Shown here one piece after another: positions 50,775 to 61,094 of a stretch of DNA of 64,000 bases. Source of the DNA: Cyanobacteriota bacterium (GTDB lineage Bacteria > Cyanobacteriota > Cyanobacteriia > Thermostichales > Thermostichaceae); assembly GCA_033764955.1 (NCBI GenBank), contig JANRIL010000019.1, positions 1 to 64,000 of the forward strand, in the 5' to 3' direction. The notes below the pieces were generated by a model that saw only the letters and a program-made list of their open reading frames with translations, searched no databases and was not told where the DNA came from. The translations under genes and the position numbers were made by a program. Numbering within the stretch: the stretch's first letter is position 1; every line of letters begins with the position of its first letter.

Positions 50775-51804
50775 GAGTCGTATCGCCATTTTGTTGCACG
50801 AAGGCATCACCGGAGACAGCGGCAAAACAGGGTTAGCCCTGATTCGCTTTGGTGATTTTCCGGTGGTGGCAGTGATTGATTACACCTGTGCGGGGGGATC
50901 CCTGGCGCAGTTGGCGGGTATTGACCAATCCATTCCGATTGTGGCGTCGGTGGCAGAAGCTCTGACTTATCAGCCGCAGGTATTGGCGATTGGCATTGCG
51001 CCCTCCGGTGGGGCGTTGCCGGAGGCATGGCGGCAGGAGGTTAAAGTAGCGGTTGGGCAAGGCCTATCTATCATGAATGGCTTGCACACCGAGATGGCTC
51101 AGGATCCTGAGTTGCAAGCCCTCCTGTGGCCTGGGCAATGGATTTGGGATATTCGCCGTGAACCGACTGGCTTATCGGTGGGCACAGCCCGGGCGCGCTT
51201 ACTCCCCTGTCGGCGGGTGTTAACGGTGGGCACAGACATGAGTGTAGGAAAAATGTCAGCCAGCCTACAGCTTCACCAGGCGGCTCGGCAGCGGGGCTTA
51301 AAATCCAAGTTTCTCGCCACTGGACAGACGGGCATTATGTTATCGGGGGAAGGGATCCCTTTGGATGCCATTCGGGTGGATTTTGCGGCGGGGGCGGTGG
51401 AACAGTTGGTGATGCGTTATGGCTATGACCACGATATCTTGCAGATCGAAGGCCAGGGATCCCTGCTTAATCCGGCTTCGACGGCTACCCTACCCCTGCT
51501 GCGGGGATGCCAACCTACCCATCTCATCCTGGTACATCGGGTCGGACAAACCACTATTAAGCGTATGGAGTATGTGCCGATTCCCCCATTGCCGGAGGTG
51601 ATTGCCCTTTACGAATCCCTGGCGCGGGCGGCGGGAGCGTTTGCCCCGGCGGCGGTGGTTGGTATTGCCCTCAACACCCATCATCTTGATCCGGCGGCGG
51701 CAGACATCGCTATTGCCAAGGTTGAGGAGGAAACCGGGATCCCTTGTACGGATGTGGTGCGCTTTGGTGGTGATCGGCTGTTGGATGCGATTTTGGCAAT
51801 CTAA
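50758..51804 (+). CDS. DUF1611 (DgcN-like) P-loop protein
   Basis: GKTG, VGTDMSVGKM, TGQTG, IEGQGSL. Confidence 0.92.
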   Translation: MLIQPESRIAILLHEGITGDSGKTGLALIRFGDFPVVAVIDYTCAGGSLAQLAGIDQSIPIVASVAEALTYQPQVLAIGIAPSGGALPEAWRQEVKVAVGQGLSIMNGLHTEMAQDPELQALLWPGQWIWDIRREPTGLSVGTARARLLPCRRVLTVGTDMSVGKMSASLQLHQAARQRGLKSKFLATGQTGIMLSGEGIPLDAIRVDFAAGAVEQLVMRYGYDHDILQIEGQGSLLNPASTATLPLLRGCQPTHLILVHRVGQTTIKRMEYVPIPPLPEVIALYESLARAAGAFAPAAVVGIALNTHHLDPAAADIAIAKVEEETGIPCTDVVRFGGDRLLDAILAI

Positions 51805-51813
51805 ATAGGGTTT

Positions 51814-52905
51814 TTGAAAAAATTTACACTTCGAGAGGGAGTTGGACGCCCTATGCTGCATTTTTTCTGGAATGGGTATATCCCCAGCCAACGCAGCTAT
51901 TCTGTTTACGAATACTCCAACACCGAGATCGCCAAATGGGCTGAGTATTATTTGGGACAACGGATCCCCTTCCATCAATCGTTGATGGCAGCCGGAAGAG
52001 TCACCGTTCACCCCGATGATATTTTGTTAGGTCATCCCTCCTGGGACAATCGTTCCATTCAAGAGCAACAGGAAATGGGATCCCTTTTGTATGATTGGGT
52101 TCGGGATAACGCCCTCTCTTCAGAAGCGGTCTGCCATCCCAATACCTTTATTTTGATGCCTTGGGTTCCCCAATTTCCAGCCGAATGGTTAGACCGGATG
52201 CCCCATTTAGAGGCGCAGTTGCGCGTAGCTAAAAAAATCTTTGCCCTGTGTGGTTCGATTTGGATCGAGCGAACTTTCTCCGCCCGCGACGACTCTATTC
52301 AGTATGAAGTGAGGAATAAGCTAGTGCGCTGCCATATGGGGTGTGCCGCCCAAAATTTTGCTATTGTCAAAGAAAAGTTTAATCCAATTGGAGAGCGACA
52401 AATTTTGCATGTGAGCAATTTATCCTCCTATAAGGGATTTCCTATCACCTGCGAAAGTTTAATCGGCTTAGATACTCTCCTGCATGTGGCTAGCTCAATG
52501 CCAAAGGGGGCACAAGGTTTAGTAGAATATCGGAGTGAGATTGGCAGCTTATGGTTTAACTTTTTGGGATCCATTAAAAATAGTGATCCTGAGTTTAATC
52601 ACTGGGTAGCCCAAACCTGCGATTTTTATATCCACACAGCAACGATGGATGCTCAAGCCACTACAATTTTAGAAAATTGTGCGCGAGGTTTAGTGCCCTT
52701 GGTCACGCCTGAGAGTGGGTTTAGCAGTGATTATGCCATCTATCTCACCCATGATCCCGAAAAAAATAAAAGCATCATCCAGCAGGCTTTGGATATGCCA
52801 GAGAACGAATTGCGAGAACGAAGTATATTTGTTAGAAAGCAAATTGTAGAAGAGCATAATTGGCAAAAAATTTATCAGCAGATAGGTGATGAAATTCTTT
52901 GCTAA
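51814..52905 (+). CDS. Divergent GT-B (GT4-like) glycosyltransferase
   Basis: C-terminal HVSNLSSYKG...DFYIHTATMDAQATTILENCARGLVPLVT...EHNW pattern of the GT-B donor-binding domain. Start uncertain. Confidence 0.7.
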   Translation: MKKFTLREGVGRPMLHFFWNGYIPSQRSYSVYEYSNTEIAKWAEYYLGQRIPFHQSLMAAGRVTVHPDDILLGHPSWDNRSIQEQQEMGSLLYDWVRDNALSSEAVCHPNTFILMPWVPQFPAEWLDRMPHLEAQLRVAKKIFALCGSIWIERTFSARDDSIQYEVRNKLVRCHMGCAAQNFAIVKEKFNPIGERQILHVSNLSSYKGFPITCESLIGLDTLLHVASSMPKGAQGLVEYRSEIGSLWFNFLGSIKNSDPEFNHWVAQTCDFYIHTATMDAQATTILENCARGLVPLVTPESGFSSDYAIYLTHDPEKNKSIIQQALDMPENELRERSIFVRKQIVEEHNWQKIYQQIGDEILC

Positions 52906-53694
52906 ATGGGTCTATATGGAGGTCTTTTGGGCATTGATATAAGTGTGGATGAAAACCCGATCGAATCGGCAAATGTGTTGCAAATTGTCAGCGATTTACA
53001 GCAGGTAATTGCCGACTTTGATCGCCGCCCCACCTATACGGTTCGCGGTAAGGGGGGGCAAACCTTTGCCTTTTTTGCCACCTCGGTGACTGACAATATC
53101 CCTCCTTTGCAGCCTCGTTTATCGAGAGCAATTTCTTCCCTCAGCCGTCTCCATCTTACCCAAACCCATCAAGCCACACTGGGGGTAGGAGAGGAGGATC
53201 GAGGAGCCATGATCATCTCGGATATTTTGCTCAGCTATGATTTGCCCCGCACCCTCGCCCGTTGGACGCCTTCCGGTGCCCCTGGTGAAATTGGGATCCC
53301 TTTAGCCAATGAATATATTCCTGAAGGCAGTATTCAAGTGTTTTTGAATGGGGTAAAACCTGAGGATCGGGTAATTTTAGTCGATGATTTGATCAGTACG
53401 GGCGGCACAATGGTTGCTCTCATCCAAGCGGTGCAAAAAGCAGGAGCGGAGATATTAGAAATTTTTACGATTGGCGAAAAAACTGAGAATCGCGGACGAG
53501 AGTATGTCTGGCAACAGACAGGCTATCACGTCAAAACCCTGTTGGCTTCCGGCTTAGTCGAGAAAGAAGATGGACAAGTAGTTTCTACCGTTACCCACTG
53601 CTATTTAGGAAATCTTCTCCCCACTCAGTTTGTGGAGGTAGCGGCTCACTTCCCGGCAGGGTTTTGTCGTCCGGGATCCGGTGAAATGTCGTGA
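52906..53694 (+). CDS. Type I phosphoribosyltransferase resembling archaeal hypoxanthine/guanine PRT
   Basis: PRPP loop VILVDDLISTGGT, plus TDNIPPL, EEDRG and FLNGVKPEDRV. Confidence 0.85.
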   Translation: MGLYGGLLGIDISVDENPIESANVLQIVSDLQQVIADFDRRPTYTVRGKGGQTFAFFATSVTDNIPPLQPRLSRAISSLSRLHLTQTHQATLGVGEEDRGAMIISDILLSYDLPRTLARWTPSGAPGEIGIPLANEYIPEGSIQVFLNGVKPEDRVILVDDLISTGGTMVALIQAVQKAGAEILEIFTIGEKTENRGREYVWQQTGYHVKTLLASGLVEKEDGQVVSTVTHCYLGNLLPTQFVEVAAHFPAGFCRPGSGEMS

Positions 53695-54109
53695 GTCTAT
53701 GGTGCGGACTGGTTTGGCTAGCTTCAAAGGTTTATTAAAACTTGCGTCACTGCTTGAGTGTCCTACATTATCCATTCAGAAATATAGTCATTCCAAATAA
53801 GAATGCGACCACCTAAGTCTTGATATCGAAGCTTTGAGAGATTTTAGATTTCTCAAACTAAATTGGAATAGCTATACTACCGTCTTTTTTTGCAAAATAC
53901 TGGCTCATGAAGTTCGCCTATCCTTTTTGATTCTTTTGCACTCTGGGATCCCTTTTCCGCAGGATGACTCGCTATTTGTTGTTGGGATCCCTGCGCTATT
54001 ACTAAAAAACCACGATCTCTCAACTTAGAAAGACCGTGGGCGAGTACACACTATTTCAAGATTTTCAGTTACCAGTATAGGAAAGGATCCCGATGCAAGG
54101 GGGTTGGAA

Positions 54110-54340
54110 TTAGGGAGATGGATCGGTAGTGGTAAAGCTACTTACTTCCAACACTGGCCCAACCTGTGCCGCCGTCACCATATCCGGTTTCACCTGCCCC
54201 TTGATCGACACCTTCAACCCTTCCTTCAGTAGCTCTTTGGGGGCTCGAAACAGGGCGTAATGCCGACCAGAGTCCACCGTCAGCACCCAGACCCCCCCTT
54301 CGATATCCAAAAATTCGATTTGTCCCACATAGGCTTCCAT
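54110..54340 (-). CDS. Small OB-fold-like protein coupled to the S8 protease
   Basis: TGATG overlap with the protease stop. GQIEFLDIEGGVWVL...GPVLEV. Confidence 0.75.
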   Translation of the reverse strand: MEAYVGQIEFLDIEGGVWVLTVDSGRHYALFRAPKELLKEGLKVSIKGQVKPDMVTAAQVGPVLEVSSFTTTDPSP

Positions 54341-56202
54341 CACGACTGGCTCACCGCTAACGAGGTGGATCGGGACTGTAGCGTAGCTTGGGTTGCTGTA
54401 TAGGCTAAGCCCAGACAGAATAGCCCATTCAGGAGTAAAAAGCTGCGCCCAAACCAAGCACCAGACCCAAACCATACCACTCCCTCATAGAAAAGTGTGC
54501 CCGATAACAGGAGGTGAGAGGCCATCCCCATTGCTAGCCCAATCGCTGCCCAGCGTAGATGGCGATGACCCAGGAAAAGCAGGATGGCTAAAGCCGGGAA
54601 AAGCACGCTGGCAAATAGAGGGTTAAGGGCGGCACTCTGGGCAAAAGCGGATCCCATGTCTGGAACGGAACTCCCCAGCAGTTGCAGCGGCCAGCGAGGC
54701 ATCCCCGTCACCACTAACCCTTGCAAAACAAACAAACCGGAACTGCCCAAGACAATGCCTGCCGCTAAAGGCAAAGGGGATCCCAGTCGTTTGGGAGCCA
54801 GCCACCAGCGAATCAAAATCAGTACGACATAGCCACCAATTACCATCAGTAGCTTGGGCACCAGCGCAATCGCCCCCCCATCCAGCCAGAAACGAGGACT
54901 CAGATAACCGTTGTCATTTAGATAACGCAAGAAATCTTTACCCCAGAGCAACAGAGGATTGTCGTCCTGCACCTGAGAGGTGGTGAGAACCGCTTGGTGG
55001 GCATTCAACCGACCTGACCCAAAATAATTTAGCTTGTCATTCTCCACCGGAGTAGCCGACATTTTCAGGATTCGCTCCACCTGATCGGGATCCGTCACCC
55101 CTTGGGACTGAATCAGCGCCGCCACCCCCGCTACATGGGGAGTAGCCATACTGGTACCTTGATAATAGGCAAATAGAGCTTCGTCAGGATTGCGGCGGTT
55201 AATCGTCTGTTGCAGGATCCCCCATTCTGGATGCTCCTGGGTTTTGGCTCCACCAGGGGCTGAGATATCCACCCCCACCCCATAGTTGGAATAGGGAGCC
55301 TTGGATCCATCAGGTCCTGTCGCGGAGACCCCGATTACATGCTCACAAGCGCCGGGATAGCTAACACTGCCAGAGTTTTCGTTGCCCGCCGCCGCGATCA
55401 CCGTCACCCCTTTGCTGTGGGCGTAGGTAACGGCCTCCTGCATTAACTGGGCGGGAGAACGGCTGCCCAAACTCATGTTGATGACGGTGGCTCCATGGTC
55501 AGCCGCATAGCGGATCCCTTCTGCCACATCTGCCAACGAACCAAATCCATTGGCATCTAACACCCGTACGGGCATGATCTTGGCGCGATAGGCGATCCCC
55601 GCCACCCCAAAGGCATTATTCGTGGATTGGGCAATCGTTCCCGCCACATGGGTGCCATGCCCCTGTAAGTCATCAGCAACTTCATCGTCATCCACAAAGT
55701 CGTAGCCCTTAACAAATTCGGTTTCCGCAAGATCCGAAACCTGGGTGACTCCGGTGTCGATCACCGCTACGGTTACCCCCTCTCCTGCCGTGATATCCCA
55801 TGCTGGTGGCATCTGAATCGCCTGCATGTTCCACTGTTGGTTGTAGAGCCGATCATTGGGCACAAAAGCTGCCGAGTAGAGATAATTTGGCTCGGCATAC
55901 TCAACCAATGCCTCTTGGCTAAGGGCTTTCAGCAGTTGACGAACCTTACCGGAGTGGGTAGCCACTTGGCCTAGGGGAGCCTGATAGAGTTCTTCGGACT
56001 GGGCATAGTGGCTAGCACTATTGAGCCGCAACGGGAGGTGATATTTTTCGGCCATTGCCGATACCTGAACAGGCGTAACAGTATCGACAAAGTTGACAAT
56101 AATACTGTCGTAGGAGGGTGAGGTGCTGTGGGGGGCACAGGCGGTCAGCGCCAATGCGGCTAAACATGCCCACCAAAGACCCAGCCAGCGTTTTATGCTC
56201 AT
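54340..56202 (-). CDS. S8 subtilase lipoprotein with C-terminal multi-TM domain
   Basis: LALTAC lipobox, VAVIDTG, HGTHVAG, GTSMATPHVAG, hydrophobic C-terminus. Confidence 0.93.
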   Translation of the reverse strand: MSIKRWLGLWWACLAALALTACAPHSTSPSYDSIIVNFVDTVTPVQVSAMAEKYHLPLRLNSASHYAQSEELYQAPLGQVATHSGKVRQLLKALSQEALVEYAEPNYLYSAAFVPNDRLYNQQWNMQAIQMPPAWDITAGEGVTVAVIDTGVTQVSDLAETEFVKGYDFVDDDEVADDLQGHGTHVAGTIAQSTNNAFGVAGIAYRAKIMPVRVLDANGFGSLADVAEGIRYAADHGATVINMSLGSRSPAQLMQEAVTYAHSKGVTVIAAAGNENSGSVSYPGACEHVIGVSATGPDGSKAPYSNYGVGVDISAPGGAKTQEHPEWGILQQTINRRNPDEALFAYYQGTSMATPHVAGVAALIQSQGVTDPDQVERILKMSATPVENDKLNYFGSGRLNAHQAVLTTSQVQDDNPLLLWGKDFLRYLNDNGYLSPRFWLDGGAIALVPKLLMVIGGYVVLILIRWWLAPKRLGSPLPLAAGIVLGSSGLFVLQGLVVTGMPRWPLQLLGSSVPDMGSAFAQSAALNPLFASVLFPALAILLFLGHRHLRWAAIGLAMGMASHLLLSGTLFYEGVVWFGSGAWFGRSFLLLNGLFCLGLAYTATQATLQSRSTSLAVSQS

Positions 56203-56561
56203 GTGTTTCGGGCCTCTTGGGATCCAGAACTTGCAACCAGTATGCCTTCTGATTTTCCAATTGACGAGGCATCTCTGGGCAAAGCCGAGGGGATGGGATC
56301 CCACATGGAGAATAAATGGTAATTTTTGTTGCAAAATTAGGCGAGGCTGGCTTTTTATAATGATGGCTATCCAAAAGATAATGATCGCCATCTTCATGCC
56401 TGAGCAGGGAACCCTTGAGTCCACATCTCAGTCAGCAACCATCATCCACACCCCCCTCCCGACTGTCCGCAATCTCTCAAGGACGAGCTACGCTTCATCC
56501 ACCCATCCAGTCTCAATATTCAATCTGTTCAACGATTGATGATCCTACCTAAGGCAAGCCC

Positions 56562-57641
56562 ATGACCCAACAGCAGACTTCATCTTCCCTGATCAAACGT
56601 CGTCAATTTCTCCAAGCCGGATCCCTGGCGTTGGGGGCGGGAGTATTGGCGGCGGGGACTAGCCACAGTCAGTCGCGCCGTGGTCCCACCCTGATTGTGC
56701 AGGCAGAACTCAAAAAACTGACCTATGGCACCAACTGGCTAGCCCAAGCGGAGCATGGCGGCTTCTACCAAGCGGTGGCGGCGGGAATCTACAAAGAACA
56801 TGGCCTGGATGTCACCATCAAAATGGGTGGACCGCAGGTAAATGGTACGCAGCTCTTGGTGGGGGGTGGCATTGATCTGTTTATGGGATCCGGTGCTGCC
56901 CAACTGTTCTCCATCAGCGAGGGGTTGCCCCTGATCACCGTGGCGGGCATCTTCCAAAAAGACCCGCAGGTGTTGCTGGCTCCCCCCGATAAAGGCATTG
57001 ATAGTTTGGATGATCTAAAGGGCAAACCCATCTATATTTCCAGTGGAGCCAATACGACCTACTGGCCGTTTTTGAAGGCAAAATTTGGCTTTACCGATGA
57101 TCAAAAGCGCCCCTACAATTTCAACTCTGGGCCATTTGTCACCGATGTCAAAAATGGCGATATCACGGCTCAGCAGGGCTATCTCACCTCCGAACCCCTG
57201 GCTATCGAGAAAGAGGGGGGATTCAAGCCCGTAGTCTTGTTGATGGCGGATTTTGGCTACAGTCCTTATGCCACCACCATTCAAACCACGCAAAAACTGG
57301 TGGATTCGGATCCCGATACGGTGCAACGGTTCGTGGATGCCACCATCAAAGGCTGGTACAGCTTCTTTGAAAATCCGGATCCGGCCATCCCCCTCATCAA
57401 AAAAGACAACACGGAGATGACCGATGATCTGATTGCCTATGGCATTGAAAAGATGCAGGAATACGGAATTGTCATGTCGGGGGATGCTGAAAAACTGGGT
57501 ATCGGAGCCATGACTGATGAACGGTGGAAGGCTCTTTTTGACTCCATGGTGGAAGCCGGCAACCTCAAAGCTGACCTCAATTATCAAAGCGGCTATACCC
57601 TCCAGTTCATTAACAAAGGGGCTGATGCCTATAAAGCCTGA
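56562..57641 (+). CDS. NMT1/THI5-like ABC substrate-binding protein with Tat signal
   Basis: KRRQFLQ, NWLAQAEHGGFYQA, QGYLTSEP. Confidence 0.9.
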   Translation: MTQQQTSSSLIKRRQFLQAGSLALGAGVLAAGTSHSQSRRGPTLIVQAELKKLTYGTNWLAQAEHGGFYQAVAAGIYKEHGLDVTIKMGGPQVNGTQLLVGGGIDLFMGSGAAQLFSISEGLPLITVAGIFQKDPQVLLAPPDKGIDSLDDLKGKPIYISSGANTTYWPFLKAKFGFTDDQKRPYNFNSGPFVTDVKNGDITAQQGYLTSEPLAIEKEGGFKPVVLLMADFGYSPYATTIQTTQKLVDSDPDTVQRFVDATIKGWYSFFENPDPAIPLIKKDNTEMTDDLIAYGIEKMQEYGIVMSGDAEKLGIGAMTDERWKALFDSMVEAGNLKADLNYQSGYTLQFINKGADAYKA

Positions 57642-57799
57642 GCCGTTGCCATCTGACTTGCGGAACGGGGAGAGTAGGGATCCCTTCCCTGATTTGTGGG
57701 GATCCCGTTTTTATCTCCATAGGCAAGTGGGGGGCTTTGGGGTAATCTTGATTAATCTTGATCAAGCCATCCTAAATTAGTTCTCAATAAATTCTAAAT

Positions 57800-58801
57800 A
57801 TGAGCAGCATGTCCCTTTTACAAACCACGGGGCAAACCATTCCTGTAGTGGATTTGATGGAATTTCGGGCAGGTGTGGCTGCTCAGCGGGATGATTTTGT
57901 GATGACTGTGGGCAATGCCCTCGCTGAGGTTGGGTTTTTCGCGGTGGTTAACCATGGCGTCCCTCCTCAACTGATTCAGTCCGCCTATCAAGTAGCTGCG
58001 GAATTTTTTGCTTTGCCGGATGCAAACAAACTTGCTTATGAAAATCCCCAATGGCAAGGGCAACGGGGGTTTACTCATTTTGGCAAGGAACATGCTAAGG
58101 GTCAGCTAGCCCCCGATTTGAAGGAGTTTTGGCATGTGGGTCGAGAGCTATCGACCAGCGAACCAGCCTGTGTGTTGCCCAAGGATCCCGATCCCGCCGG
58201 GTTGTGGTTCCCCAACCCTTGGCCGCAGGAGGTTCCTGCCTTTCAGCTTGTTATGACCGCTCTTTACCAACAGCTAGAAACTTGTGCAGAAAGCCTGCTG
58301 GAGTCCATTGCGCTCTATCTGGGAGAGCCTCCCCACCTGCTGACGGATATGGTGCGATTGGGGGCAACCCTCCTACGGATTATTCATTATCCCCCTTTGC
58401 CTGCCCATGGTTCTCCCCAAGGTATGCGGGCAGCCGCCCACGAAGACATCAACTTGATTACTCTGTTGTGTGAATCTACCGCACCTGGTCTAGAGCTACT
58501 GCAACGGGATGGGTCGTGGCTGCCCATTCAACCCCTACCAGGGCAGATCATTGTGGATGCAGGAGATATGCTCCAACAACTCACCAATGGTTTGCTGAAA
58601 AGTACAACCCATCGCGTCACCAATCCTGACAATGACCGAGAACGCCGATTTTCCATGCCATTTTTTGTCCATCCCAGACCGGAAGTGGATCTGACTCCAT
58701 TGCCAAGTTGCCTGACACGCACAGGTGGCAAGCCACGCTTCCCATCCATTACCGCCCAGCAGTATCTCCAGCAGCGTTTGCAGGAAATTGGTTTAGCTTA
58801 G
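57800..58801 (+). CDS. 2OG-Fe(II) oxygenase, isopenicillin N synthase-like
   Basis: GFFAVVNHG, AHEDINLITLL, STTHRV, RFSMPFF. Confidence 0.92.
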   Translation: MSSMSLLQTTGQTIPVVDLMEFRAGVAAQRDDFVMTVGNALAEVGFFAVVNHGVPPQLIQSAYQVAAEFFALPDANKLAYENPQWQGQRGFTHFGKEHAKGQLAPDLKEFWHVGRELSTSEPACVLPKDPDPAGLWFPNPWPQEVPAFQLVMTALYQQLETCAESLLESIALYLGEPPHLLTDMVRLGATLLRIIHYPPLPAHGSPQGMRAAAHEDINLITLLCESTAPGLELLQRDGSWLPIQPLPGQIIVDAGDMLQQLTNGLLKSTTHRVTNPDNDRERRFSMPFFVHPRPEVDLTPLPSCLTRTGGKPRFPSITAQQYLQQRLQEIGLA

Positions 58802-58903
58802 TAGTCTGGCTTAATAGTTGTGGCTAGCCCACAGACTTGACCCCATCGGCGAAATCCTTTACCGTGGGCATTAAACTCCTGTCTACCAGTTTTAGGATCC
58901 AAA

Positions 58904-59092
58904 ATGGGTATGGAATTACATGAACTGAGAGCGTTGGTAGATCGTGCCCTAGCTGATGGCTGTCTAACCCAAGTTGAGATGGATCAAATTATGGACGCCA
59001 TCATGGAAGATGGAGTGGTTTCGGCAGATGAGTCAAAAATTTTAGATATGATTGAATCCAAAATGATTAGTAACGAAATTCAGCTAGGTTAG
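58904..59092 (+). CDS. Small acidic hypothetical protein
   Basis: 62 aa, RALADG.LT..E...DGVVSADE. AGGA upstream. Confidence 0.65.
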   Translation: MGMELHELRALVDRALADGCLTQVEMDQIMDAIMEDGVVSADESKILDMIESKMISNEIQLG

Positions 59093-59175
59093 TTTTTGAC
59101 CTATTTAGTGGTGAGCTATTTGTAGTTTTCCCTACTTTAGCTATTTTCTCAGCCAAGGCGATAGGGATCCCTTTT

Positions 59176-59517
59176 TCAGCGGTGGGATTGACGCCATGAC
59201 CGCCACCACCCCCAAAGCCCTGGGTAGTGAATATGCTTTTCCTTGAGCAAGTTATCCAGTTGTTGGGGATAGCTTGGGGGGAGGTCAGGAGGTAAACCAC
59301 TTTGGGACAAATTTAGCCGTAACAAATAGGCGTAGCGACGGATCCGTTGGCGCAGTTGGCTGGGTTCTGCTGTTCTACATAGGTTACAGATAGCTCCCAG
59401 ATCAATCCCCTGATCATTGAGCAGGTGATAGTGGCAACGCTGGCTAGTCAGCAATCGCCCACAGGTGGCACAATAACCACGTTCCCCAGAATCCCCAGAA
59501 CGCTGACAAATTCGCAT
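59176..59517 (-). CDS. Hypothetical protein with CxxC pairs
   Basis: CATC and CNLC motifs. Confidence 0.55.
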   Translation of the reverse strand: MRICQRSGDSGERGYCATCGRLLTSQRCHYHLLNDQGIDLGAICNLCRTAEPSQLRQRIRRYAYLLRLNLSQSGLPPDLPPSYPQQLDNLLKEKHIHYPGLWGWWRSWRQSHR

Positions 59518-59574
59518 GGGATCCTGGCCCCTCCCTTACACCAAAACCTGCTAGCCTGCTACAGTGTACTGTCG

Positions 59575-61059
59575 ATGGACTCAGCCTACCATTTTTTGCT
59601 GACCCAACCGGATGCTGTGACAGATCCCCGTTTTTCTTCCTCCCACACCAACTCCTCGGCCTCCTTGCCGACTGCTCACGGTTGGCAACCTATCGATCGC
59701 TGGGTGGCAGGGGTCACCGGTTTCAGCCTGATCATTCTTAGTTGCCTGGTGTTTTTGGGATTTTATGCTCCCCCCCAGGTCAGGGACTTTAATTGGCAAG
59801 AGCAGCGGGTGACCGCTCAGGATCGGCAACTGGTTTTGACCTTCAACCGCCCGATGGATGGGGGGAGTGTGGAAGATCACTTTCAGATTTCCCCTGCTTT
59901 ACCTGGGCGAAGCCACTGGCTAGGCTATCGCTTTATCTATACGTTGGATCAACCCGCTCCCTATGGACAGGTCTATCAGGTGCGCCTGGAGGGTGCCCGT
60001 GATCAACGGGGACGGGAGATGACTCAGCCTTTTCAGGGAGCCTTTCGCACCCCTGACCGCCAACTGTTGCTGATCGGCGCGACGGGAGAAGCGGCAGGGC
60101 GGTTACTGTTGTTCAACCTGGAAACGGGATCCCAGTCCTTCTTGACCGCCGCCGATCAAAAAGTTACCCAGGTACAGGTGGCGGGGGATGGGGATACGAT
60201 TTTTTACTTTGCCACCCTCGATACCCTGCAAAACCAGGATCTTTATCAGTTCTCCCTGCGCCAACAAACCACCACCCTTTTGTTAGATCATCAAGCTTGG
60301 CAAAATCTCCGGCTAGAAAATTCCCCTGATGGCACCCTCTTGATTGTGGAGCGGATTAGCCGAGAAAATCCTGGAGAAATTCGTCTTTGGAGTAAGGCTC
60401 TCTCGGAGCAACGCTTTCGCCTGTTGGATCTGACCAGCGATGGCGGTGGGGATTTTCTAATTACCCCCGACAATACCAGCCTTCTGATGGCACAGGGACA
60501 AGGGTTGAGCATTCTCCCTCTCGATTCCTCGGTGGCGGGATCCGCTGCTGATTTTTTGCCGCAGTTTGGTCAGGCGATTGCCATGCAACCGGATGGATCC
60601 CATGCGGCGCTTGTGGCTTTTAATCCCGATTACACCCGCAGCCTCTGGATTGTCAGCAACACGGGACGCAGCCAATCCGTGCTAACCACCGATGGAGGGA
60701 TCGTGGCTGGGCGATTTTCTCCGGATGGAGAGATTTTTTATTGCCTGACCCACCGCCGCAATCCTGACTACACCGAATCTCCCCTCTTGCTGGCGCTCCA
60801 CTGGCAAACCCAACACTCTATCCCCCTGGTGGAGGCGGAATTTCCGACGCAACTGGAATTTAGCCTCTCCCCCGATGGTAGGAGCCTAGTTTATAGCCGC
60901 TTGCAGCCCAGCGAAGGGATCCCCAACCCCCGCGCCCCCTTGAGCAAGACTGGTCAAGCCATTGCCAATAGTCAAATCTATCGACTCGACCTCACCCAGG
61001 ATCCCCCCACCCCTCAGCCCCTTCCCCCGGCTGGCGTGAATCCGGTTTGGATCCCGTAA
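59575..61059 (+). CDS. Membrane-anchored Ig-like plus TolB-like beta-propeller protein
   Basis: TM helix, LTFNRPMD..SVE...ISPALPG, repeated SPDG motifs. Confidence 0.85.
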   Translation: MDSAYHFLLTQPDAVTDPRFSSSHTNSSASLPTAHGWQPIDRWVAGVTGFSLIILSCLVFLGFYAPPQVRDFNWQEQRVTAQDRQLVLTFNRPMDGGSVEDHFQISPALPGRSHWLGYRFIYTLDQPAPYGQVYQVRLEGARDQRGREMTQPFQGAFRTPDRQLLLIGATGEAAGRLLLFNLETGSQSFLTAADQKVTQVQVAGDGDTIFYFATLDTLQNQDLYQFSLRQQTTTLLLDHQAWQNLRLENSPDGTLLIVERISRENPGEIRLWSKALSEQRFRLLDLTSDGGGDFLITPDNTSLLMAQGQGLSILPLDSSVAGSAADFLPQFGQAIAMQPDGSHAALVAFNPDYTRSLWIVSNTGRSQSVLTTDGGIVAGRFSPDGEIFYCLTHRRNPDYTESPLLLALHWQTQHSIPLVEAEFPTQLEFSLSPDGRSLVYSRLQPSEGIPNPRAPLSKTGQAIANSQIYRLDLTQDPPTPQPLPPAGVNPVWIP

Positions 61060-61094
61060 CGACACTCCCTCCCCATCGGGGATGCCAACGTGGT

